Notes under the pieces: model-generated
Databases searched by the model: none
The model's input: only the letters and a program-made list of their open reading frames with translations
Told to the model about the DNA's origin: nothing
From: Acinetobacter phage vB_AbaM_ABMM1
Reading direction: 5' to 3' (one strand)
Sequence record: OQ471969.1
Length of the DNA: 64,000 bases
Position numbers and translations under genes: made by a program
In this document: one piece after another, positions 56,783 through 64,000 of the stretch
How positions within the stretch are numbered: position 1 is the first letter of the stretch
Layout of the letters: each line of letters begins with the position of its first letter

Positions 56783-57197
56783 ATTTCACAAAATCTTGAA
56801 TTGCTCTAGAGAGATTTTTAATAATTAATTCTCTTTCATAGCGAGAATCAAAAGTTTTTGGATTTTTTACATTGAGAACTTTCTGTTGAGCTAGTGTCAA
56901 TGGAATCTTATCGTTTTTGTTATTAACTAGAGAATTATCGATATCGATTAACGTGTTTAACTCAGCAGTCTTTTGAATATTCAGCCACTGGATTTGAACA
57001 TTCATTTGAGGAAAAGTAGCATTAAAAAAGGGTGTAAATTTTTTAGTAGAAATTGAGATTTCTTGACCATTATGTTTACTAACAATTAATTCATTTGTAT
57101 TGCACAGTAGTGTGTCTGCATAAACTAAGTTATTGCCAAATTGTTGAATCTTATTTGGGTCAAGGGTGATCTTTTGACCTTCATAAACAAAATACAT
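56781..57197 (-). CDS. Hypothetical protein
   Basis: 138 aa; convergent with ant3. Confidence 0.4.
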   Translation of the reverse strand: MYFVYEGQKITLDPNKIQQFGNNLVYADTLLCNTNELIVSKHNGQEISISTKKFTPFFNATFPQMNVQIQWLNIQKTAELNTLIDIDNSLVNNKNDKIPLTLAQQKVLNVKNPKTFDSRYERELIIKNLSRAIQDFVK

Positions 57198-57379
57198 TTA
57201 AAAATTCCGTGTAAATAAATTAATGATGTTTCAGCCATTCTTTGTGGCCTATCATTCAGTTGTATCATTTAATTAGATGATATGTGTAGTATATTTTTAA
57301 TTAAGTGCAATGCTTTGAAACTTGGATGGAACCTTTATCATTATTTAGGTTTTAGCAATATCAAAATAGCCTCATTGAT

Positions 57380-58336
57380 ATGAGGTTATTTTTCATGGGC
57401 AGTCTTAATCTTGCAGCTGTTACAGCTTCCACTCCATACATTAAAAAGATTCAATCGGCATTAGAAAAAGCAACAGGCCAAACGATTGTTACACCAGAAT
57501 TTCGCAAAATTAAGCGTGTTGCTGGTGTTAGCGTTTTACCAGTTGCATTTTTCTTTTCAGGTGGCGCTACGCTCACACTTTATGTTCGAGCTTTAGCAGA
57601 TGTGGTCAAGGCCGAACTGAACGACAAAGTAATTGTGTTATCAGGCGATTTTAGTGATGACTATAAGCCAACATTTGAAAACGCCGTGAGTTGTGTAGCT
57701 AAACTTATCCGTGAAGCACAATCAAAGATTCAAGAACAAAATAAACGGGATAAAGTCAGTTTGCCGCCGCGCCGTACTTCTGTAGATCAGAAAATTAAAG
57801 AAGTACAAGAACAAGAACAAAAGCTAGATGAAGATTTAGCAAAACAAACCGCTCAGCGTGACCAACTGAAGGAACAAATTGAACATGCTAAGCAACAACT
57901 TGGTATAAGTTCGGAGGCTGGTCAATCCGAACTGGGAAAGCCTGAATTTGATAGTGCGAGTCCAATCAAATCAGTTACAGCAAATATCACACGTGGTAAA
58001 GCTGCAATGAACAAAGCCATTATGGAAAAAACCACAGTGCATAGAGCTATGTATCGTAATGATCTAGGCTGGGTGGATTTTGAGTATGGCAGTGATAAAC
58101 AGGGCATTAAGCATATTATCAAGCGCCGTATGGAAAGTGATGGCATGACATATGATGAAGTTGTGCATATGCTTGTGGATACTATTGTGCAAACAATCGC
58201 TCAAGGTAGTACACAACGGCGTACAGAACGTGGATTATCTACAAGAATAAATATTGTATTTAATTCGCATGAAGCGTCATTGATTAAGCGAGAAGGTAGT
58301 AATGCATGGCTGCTTACAGCTTTTGAAGTGCATTAA
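57380..58336 (+). CDS. Hypothetical protein (coiled-coil middle; conserved-looking C-terminal GWVDFEYGSDKQGIKHIIKRR domain)
   Basis: 318 aa; an alternative start is at 57395. Confidence 0.45.
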   Translation: MRLFFMGSLNLAAVTASTPYIKKIQSALEKATGQTIVTPEFRKIKRVAGVSVLPVAFFFSGGATLTLYVRALADVVKAELNDKVIVLSGDFSDDYKPTFENAVSCVAKLIREAQSKIQEQNKRDKVSLPPRRTSVDQKIKEVQEQEQKLDEDLAKQTAQRDQLKEQIEHAKQQLGISSEAGQSELGKPEFDSASPIKSVTANITRGKAAMNKAIMEKTTVHRAMYRNDLGWVDFEYGSDKQGIKHIIKRRMESDGMTYDEVVHMLVDTIVQTIAQGSTQRRTERGLSTRINIVFNSHEASLIKREGSNAWLLTAFEVH

Positions 58337-58892
58337 AAAAAGCCCGGTAGTTAGAGATGGGTTGCGACATCTTCTAACCTACACTTATGACCCTATACGT
58401 TCTCGTGTCATAAGTGGAGCGGGCTTTGTATATATAATAATCCATGCTTTTCCTATTTTCAAATATGGAACCATTCACGCTTACATATATACAAAAGCAA
58501 TACCCTTAATAAGAACTGTATTAAGGGTGTTTTTTATGCAAATTCAAATCGGTATTGATATTGTCTTAATTCTTGCATTTTTAGCTTATCTTTCCGTTGT
58601 TACAGGATGGAATAGCAAGAATAAAGCTGCGTATATTAAACAATTCCGTCATGTGCCTATAAGCCTCTTATTTAAAGAAATCAGATATATGTATTTCATA
58701 AGTATGGCATGTGTATTGATCACTATTATTCTTGTTGATTGGCGAATCTATAACGTTGCTTCATATTTTGATGCATTAAGCGTTTCATTATGGATATTCA
58801 TAATCTATTTCACCATTTTTTCAACTTACCAGATCGGCACTGCAATACTAGTAAAGCTTTTGATGATTTTCAGTAATAGAGCAACTTCTTAA
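58302..58892 (+). CDS. Membrane protein (about four TM helices)
   Basis: 196 aa; overlaps the upstream gene by 35 nt. Confidence 0.4.
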   Translation: MHGCLQLLKCIKKSPVVRDGLRHLLTYTYDPIRSRVISGAGFVYIIIHAFPIFKYGTIHAYIYTKAIPLIRTVLRVFFMQIQIGIDIVLILAFLAYLSVVTGWNSKNKAAYIKQFRHVPISLLFKEIRYMYFISMACVLITIILVDWRIYNVASYFDALSVSLWIFIIYFTIFSTYQIGTAILVKLLMIFSNRATS

Positions 58893-59230
58893 TGATCACA
58901 TCTAAAACAATTTTAGACATGGTTGAGTACTGGCTTAATCATCCGGTCAATGGGAAGTATGGTTCTGATTTTGGTGCACCTCTTTATGATTTGCTAATGG
59001 CACCTTTAGACTCGAGGGTGGCAGATAGTTTTCTTATTAAGATGAAAAAGGATCTACCAATATTATCTGAGCTTAACTCTGACCAATTAGCCCTGTATTC
59101 ACAAACCGAAGGATTTGAGACGGTTCATATTCATTTAAGCATCATGAATGTGAATATAGATCTTAACCAAGTAGCAGACCGATTGGGTAAATCAGTAACA
59201 GGTGAGACATATGACATTAACGCAAGCTGA
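58892..59230 (+). CDS. Phage structural-module protein (small, possibly baseplate)
   Basis: 112 aa; coupled start. Confidence 0.35.
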   Translation: MITSKTILDMVEYWLNHPVNGKYGSDFGAPLYDLLMAPLDSRVADSFLIKMKKDLPILSELNSDQLALYSQTEGFETVHIHLSIMNVNIDLNQVADRLGKSVTGETYDINAS

Positions 59231-60656
59231 TTTTGAAGCCCAGCTCCAAGCAGCGATAGATGATTATGAGATTCAGGAACGCTATAAAGCTCAAGATCCA
59301 CTTGTCGTTCACCAGCTGCGTTCTATGGCTAGTTTTTTGACTGCATTTGGTCCAGAAATCGATATTGCTTCAATTGAACCATTTACCAAAACACGTGACC
59401 GCTCAATTATTGCGGATGCTACAAATAAAGGTATTTTGCCTATAGGTACGCCGTGTCAGCACTTAATTGAAATCATTAACCGGTCAACAAATGCTGTGAG
59501 CTTAAGTCAAGGGCGAATGATTGAGGACCATAGCGGCGGTAGAGTGTGGCGGTTGCTTCAATCAATTACTGTTAAAGCTGGTGAGACGGCGGAAGTAATA
59601 GCCGAACAAAGTGAATACCGTGAAATTAAATATGTTGTACCAGTTACTGAAGGGTTCCATAAATATCGAATAGACCTTTTAGAGGACCTTTCACTTGCAA
59701 ATATTTCGGTTAAGCAGGGCAATAATAACTATGTAATTAAGCCGCGCTGGATGAATGTTGAACCAGGTGAATATGCTGTAACAGTTACTACAGATAATCT
59801 AAGAAGATTGTTTATTGAGTTTGGCGATTCTGAGAGAGCTGGTCGTACTCTGCAAGCCAATGAAACGGTAATAATTGGAATTCTTGAGACATACGGGGAA
59901 GTTGATGTCAATCGTTTAAAAGATGCTGCTTTACTTGACGTACTTTCTAATGATGAACAACGCATATCAGTGCGTTTTAAAGCTGGTGGAGTGATTAGAG
60001 AGGGCGTAGATCCGTTAGCTGTATCTGAATTACGTTTATTATCAAGCTATCCATCGCTTTACGATGAAGATGCTGTATTTCTGGGCAACTTTGACTATGC
60101 GGTCCGTAAAAAATTCATGAAACGGGCACAGTTTATTTCTGTTTGGAATGAAACTTTGCAAGAGCAACACTTTGCCATTACATACCGCGACATTAATCAT
60201 TTAAACCTTGTGGTGGTTGCCAAGAACCCAGCTGAACAAGCAACGTTAGAACAAGATATCTGTCGGTATATTGGTTATTGCGATAACTTGTATGAAGGTA
60301 AAGTGAATGTACATGAAGTTGTAGAAAAGCCAATTGAAGTAAAAATTAAAGGCTCTTTGGCTTCTGTACATAACACAGATATGGTTAAGACACAGATCAA
60401 AGAATTACTTGTAGAACGATACGGGCGTGAATCATTGAGCTCAAGTCGTTGGCTGGTTAATGGCTTTAATACGCAAGAAATGGGGAAGCTGATTAATGAC
60501 AATATTGTGGCTTTCCAAGACCGGATGAGTGACTTTACCATTATGCTTTCAAATGAGTTGAATAAGCCTAATGAGTGGGTGTATGTGACAAAAGACAGCA
60601 TTACTGTTGAGTTGGAACGCACCGCTGATATTTCGGGGGCTACATGGACCCTATAA
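59202..60656 (+). CDS. Phage structural protein (baseplate J-like is a guess)
   Basis: 484 aa; part of an overlapping gene chain. Confidence 0.35.
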   Translation: MRHMTLTQADFEAQLQAAIDDYEIQERYKAQDPLVVHQLRSMASFLTAFGPEIDIASIEPFTKTRDRSIIADATNKGILPIGTPCQHLIEIINRSTNAVSLSQGRMIEDHSGGRVWRLLQSITVKAGETAEVIAEQSEYREIKYVVPVTEGFHKYRIDLLEDLSLANISVKQGNNNYVIKPRWMNVEPGEYAVTVTTDNLRRLFIEFGDSERAGRTLQANETVIIGILETYGEVDVNRLKDAALLDVLSNDEQRISVRFKAGGVIREGVDPLAVSELRLLSSYPSLYDEDAVFLGNFDYAVRKKFMKRAQFISVWNETLQEQHFAITYRDINHLNLVVVAKNPAEQATLEQDICRYIGYCDNLYEGKVNVHEVVEKPIEVKIKGSLASVHNTDMVKTQIKELLVERYGRESLSSSRWLVNGFNTQEMGKLINDNIVAFQDRMSDFTIMLSNELNKPNEWVYVTKDSITVELERTADISGATWTL

Positions 60657-61258
60657 GCTTTACTCGGCCTATCGATGAACACTATGTGAGTACGGGCTTG
60701 CAAACCGCACTTGCTAAAGCATTTAAACAAGTATTTGCACAAAACTTTGAGCAGTCCATTCAAGATTTATTGGATTACGGTTGTCCTCATATCGGTAGTA
60801 AAACAGTTGTAGAACGGTTCTCTAAACAAAACGGACTTGTTGTATTACGCCGAAATAACACCTCTGACACGTTAATGCGAATTATCTATGCCAATTGGAG
60901 CAGCATGGGTAATAAAAGAGGATTAGCGTTTTTAGAGTTTGTTTTACGAATGTTGTGGGGGAAAGATCATTTTCAGATTATCCGGCTATGGCACAGCTTG
61001 GAAAAGCTAAAAGAATATCCAGCCTATTTGTCTGATTTTGAAAAGCCAAATTACTTCTTAACAAGTCGGATTAGGATTGTTTTAGATAAAACAGTTGATG
61101 CAAATGAAGTGGTAGAGCTGTCACCGATATTACGGCGTTTAGTACCAGCAAATATTGTCGTTAAAGTTCACTCAATGGCGTTTGATAGAGATTTAGGCAC
61201 TACAAGCTTTGCAGCGGCAATAGCAGCTAAGCCTTATGCAGTCTATAACTTCCTTTAA
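60644..61258 (+). CDS. Phage structural protein
   Basis: 204 aa. Confidence 0.35.
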   Translation: MDPISFTRPIDEHYVSTGLQTALAKAFKQVFAQNFEQSIQDLLDYGCPHIGSKTVVERFSKQNGLVVLRRNNTSDTLMRIIYANWSSMGNKRGLAFLEFVLRMLWGKDHFQIIRLWHSLEKLKEYPAYLSDFEKPNYFLTSRIRIVLDKTVDANEVVELSPILRRLVPANIVVKVHSMAFDRDLGTTSFAAAIAAKPYAVYNFL

Positions 61259-61336
61259 TTCAATTGGAACTGTTGAGTTAGCGCTCAAATACAAAATGAT
61301 TTCATAGTCCTGTTCATTAGTTCAGGACTTTTTTAT

Positions 61337-61795
61337 ATGCAACAAGCTCAAGACAATGTTTTAGTAGGAATCGCAGAACCTATCAATGGTCAGGGAGAAA
61401 ACTTATTAATTGATCATTTCTTAGGATATGCAAGCCATGAATTAGAACCACAAGAAATTGATAAAGTTATTAAAGGGGAAGTGGTTGAAGGCATCACGGA
61501 ATATGCTCAGGGCCATTACTATAAGATTTCAGCAAATCCTGAAAACCAAAATGCAAAAGATTTTGAAATCAGTATTCATTTTCAGGATGGCCCAATTCCA
61601 GAACATGGTGTGAATGGGGTTACCAGTGAAGCATTGTTAAAAGTACTTATTCACCGTACTAAAACCTTGGATGAAAAATTTCCGAGTGAGTTCAACAAAC
61701 AAGCCATTATTTATATGGAAAGTGCGCTAGAAGAATTTAATAAGCGTACAGCTGAACGCCGTGCTCGTGGTGTTGAAGGCACACTTGTTAAGTAA
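61337..61795 (+). CDS. Hypothetical protein
   Basis: 152 aa. Confidence 0.35.
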   Translation: MQQAQDNVLVGIAEPINGQGENLLIDHFLGYASHELEPQEIDKVIKGEVVEGITEYAQGHYYKISANPENQNAKDFEISIHFQDGPIPEHGVNGVTSEALLKVLIHRTKTLDEKFPSEFNKQAIIYMESALEEFNKRTAERRARGVEGTLVK

Positions 61796-61806
61796 TGGGG
61801 TGATGT

Positions 61807-62034
61807 ATGCGTTTAAGTATTTTTTGTCGAAAGCGTGGTTGCTCTCAATTAATTGACTTATCTCAAATGGATTGTTTGCAAGTCTCCGAAAGTGAACATC
61901 GAGGAGGCATGGTCCATGAGCGCTTTTATGATGTTTTTATTTCTCTTAAAAGTGGGTACATCTTTGATGCAACCATTGAAGATAAACAGCATGACAAGCT
62001 ATTGGAATTAATTGAGTTTGATCAAAAGATTTGA
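61807..62034 (+). CDS. Hypothetical small protein
   Basis: 75 aa. Confidence 0.3.
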   Translation: MRLSIFCRKRGCSQLIDLSQMDCLQVSESEHRGGMVHERFYDVFISLKSGYIFDATIEDKQHDKLLELIEFDQKI

Positions 62035-62106
62035 TTTGGAACTGATTAAATTTCAACTATAGAACAACTGAAACAATAGCCTCAATCACAGCATTGGGGC
62101 TTTTTT

Positions 62107-63012
62107 ATGGCTAGCAAAAATAGAAAGACAAAAGTTCTATCTTACAACTTACATGACCGATGCCGTAAATTTACCGGTGTTGATCGAAGTAATGTCGATG
62201 TAGATGCAATGGTCAACTTGATCAACAGTGACCATGTACAAGAAATGGTTGCTACTAATTCATTACAAGGTTTTTACGGTCATCAAATTCGACAGCGCTA
62301 TGGTATGGTGCCGCCTGAAACGGTGATCATTAAAGGTAAAGTTGTATATCTTTCACGGGCATTTAAAACAATTGAATTACGTGCGTCAAAGGATGGAACA
62401 GTTGAACACCGAGAAGAGTTTTATGATAACGAGCCTGGTGAGATCGCATTACAAGATTATAAAGCCCAAGCGGGTGGTTTTAGCACATCAGTCAATTACA
62501 AGAATGTCGGTGGCCGTTTAATTCCAACGGGTTTTTTTGGTTTTGATTTCGTTGCACAACCAAATTATGCAAGTAATGTAGGTGATGGTCAGTTATTTGA
62601 TGGATTATTTGTTCCTGAAGAGCCAGAAGGTGTTGTTTCTTGCTTTGATAGCGCAACAGATATTTCACAGTTATCACAGCCCGAAATTATTATTGCCCAA
62701 TTACTTGAAGATCAAATTTTACAGACATACGACAATATCAATAGTCAGCTGCATCTATTAACCGAGTTAGGAAATGCTCAAGGATTAGTGGGTGAATTAT
62801 CAGAAAAAGTTGATAAACAGAAACGCTTGCAACAACTTAGAGAAGAACGAAAAAAAGAACTCTATACGGGTATGGTAAATCCTGTGAAGAGTTTTGATTC
62901 AGTACAACAACAAGCTGAACAAATCATTCAAAGTTTGGACAATCCAAACGTAAAAGAGAAACCTAAAAAGCCGAAAAAGTCTTTTGGCAGTATCTTTAGT
63001 GTATGGGGGTAA
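62107..63012 (+). CDS. Phage morphogenesis protein with a C-terminal coiled coil (scaffold/protease-like guess)
   Basis: 301 aa; acidic/basic coiled-coil tail. Confidence 0.35.
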   Translation: MASKNRKTKVLSYNLHDRCRKFTGVDRSNVDVDAMVNLINSDHVQEMVATNSLQGFYGHQIRQRYGMVPPETVIIKGKVVYLSRAFKTIELRASKDGTVEHREEFYDNEPGEIALQDYKAQAGGFSTSVNYKNVGGRLIPTGFFGFDFVAQPNYASNVGDGQLFDGLFVPEEPEGVVSCFDSATDISQLSQPEIIIAQLLEDQILQTYDNINSQLHLLTELGNAQGLVGELSEKVDKQKRLQQLREERKKELYTGMVNPVKSFDSVQQQAEQIIQSLDNPNVKEKPKKPKKSFGSIFSVWG

Positions 63013-63818
63013 TAATGAATTACCCCAACGATTCGCTTAAATGCATCCAAAACGCTTGGTATAAGCAGCTTGTCAATTTTCGTGCTTGGTATATGCCTGA
63101 GACCCAATTAACGGCTGACTGGAAGTTGAGAGCCATTGGTAACGCTATAAAAGCATGTCCGTCACGGATGATGGACGATTCAGAAGCAATGCTTTCTGAA
63201 TATAGAAAAAGCCAGAAGCATGAGGAAGAATCCAAAGTGATTTTACCTGTAATGCTTACTGCAACAGCGTTAACTGACCAACCCCCTGATGTAAATCAAT
63301 TACTACCAGTGCCTGATTTTATTGAAACGGTCATTGATGAGAAACGGGTGAAGGTTCGTCTGGTGCCGACAACTGTACGTGCTCAAATCGCTTTCTTTGC
63401 CACCAATCCCAATGATCTGCGTTCAGTCATTGGGCAGTTTTGCGCATACATGTCTAGCAGCGATAACCGCCGTTTTAATGTGCCATTTCAGCAATGGAAT
63501 GATCATGTTGTTAATTCAACATTCACTGTTTTTGAAAATGAACTTTTTCCATCACCAGTCCCAAGCGAAGCAATCAATCTTTCTATCTCAACTGTAGATA
63601 TTCAGCTTGTGGGTTATACACCTAACGTTATCGGTTTCGGTGGTCCATTCGACAACAACACAGGTAATGGCTATGAACCTGACGGCTCAGCAACGGAACA
63701 GCCCGCAATCAACGACAAAGTTGTAGTGCAAGCTGATCAGTACACATCACTCGATCACCAGCGTGTGAAGGGTGATAGAGAAACAGGTGAAATTACAGTT
63801 GAGCGTATAGATGACTGA
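63003..63818 (+). CDS. Phage structural protein
   Basis: 271 aa. Confidence 0.35.
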   Translation: MGVIMNYPNDSLKCIQNAWYKQLVNFRAWYMPETQLTADWKLRAIGNAIKACPSRMMDDSEAMLSEYRKSQKHEEESKVILPVMLTATALTDQPPDVNQLLPVPDFIETVIDEKRVKVRLVPTTVRAQIAFFATNPNDLRSVIGQFCAYMSSSDNRRFNVPFQQWNDHVVNSTFTVFENELFPSPVPSEAINLSISTVDIQLVGYTPNVIGFGGPFDNNTGNGYEPDGSATEQPAINDKVVVQADQYTSLDHQRVKGDRETGEITVERIDD

Positions 63819-64000
63819 CTTAATCGATAAGGCACAAGAAAGTGCTGATTATTTATTGCAGCAAGAAATTGCAAACCGATGCCGTTTTGAAGGCGAATCT
63901 GAAAAAGAATGTGTTGAATGTGGTGAAGAAATACCAGAGCGCCGCCGTGCTTTAGGTGGCGTGAAATTCTGCATTGAATGCCAAACCAAGTTAGAACGCA
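63811..64000 (+). CDS. TraR/DksA-type C4 zinc-finger protein, 5' partial within the window
   Basis: CVECGEEIPERRRALGGVKFCIECQ; ATG 63811 overlaps the upstream stop. Confidence 0.5.
   Translation, partial: MTDLIDKAQESADYLLQQEIANRCRFEGESEKECVECGEEIPERRRALGGVKFCIECQTKLER

Noticed and set aside
1-64000. CRISPR arrays, rRNA and tRNA genes
   Set aside because: No spaced identical repeats with unique spacers were seen, and no tRNA-like acceptor/T-arm sequence (for example GGTTCGAATCC-type) was found, including next to the integrase. I could not run a tRNA scanner, so a divergent tRNA near 34.85-35.16 kb is not excluded.

Overview
This window is AT-rich DNA with the look of an Acinetobacter-type chromosome, and it is almost entirely prophage or prophage-derived. 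Organism and family names here are inferred from gene content only; no database was searched.

Main blocks:

- **Coordinates 1-2,060.** A scrambled junction: a 50-bp direct repeat pair flanks an antirepressor cassette, a truncated gene copy and a roughly 50-nt fragment of a further antirepressor copy.
- **2.2-2.8 kb.** A Phd/YefM-RelE/ParE-type toxin-antitoxin pair.
- **2.9-16.4 kb.** A plus-strand tail module dominated by one 10.4-kb ORF (3,451 aa). It has an OB-fold/beta-helix spike-like N-terminus, a long coiled coil, and two tandem copies of a two-domain module.
- **16.8-24.3 kb.** Six ORFs with no assignable function, upstream of an HTH-ImmA metallopeptidase regulator. The first four are translationally coupled (511, 217, 650 and 483 aa); the 483-aa protein has ParB/Srx-like motifs.
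- **24.5-29.8 kb.** An AT-rich orphan gene, a second antirepressor cassette, three structural-looking genes, and a lysis module (holin-like protein plus TIGR02594/CHAP-like endolysin).
- **29.8-34.9 kb.** An IS5-family transposase remnant, a membrane protein, umuDC, and an SRAP/YedK-like peptidase.
- **35.2-50.2 kb.** A second, lambdoid-style element:
  - P4-type tyrosine integrase and an AlpA-like gene.
  - A leftward early operon that includes a Sak4-like ATPase.
  - A cI/cro switch with operator-like repeats on both sides of cI.
  - A C5-cytosine methyltransferase whose region is fully open in two overlapping frames.
  - DUF1376 replication genes, a RusA-like resolvase and a late regulator.
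- **50.2-64.0 kb.** Membrane proteins, a glycine-rich tape-measure-like protein, an orphan HicB-RHH fusion preceded by a (TTAAC)x7 microsatellite, a third antirepressor copy, and tail/baseplate/head-like genes.

Three paralogous antirepressor cassettes occur in the window. Each carries an intrinsic-terminator hairpin on the strand antisense to its own leader, which suggests a sar-like antisense RNA.

No rRNA, tRNA or CRISPR array was recognised. All functional calls rest on motifs read by eye from the translations.
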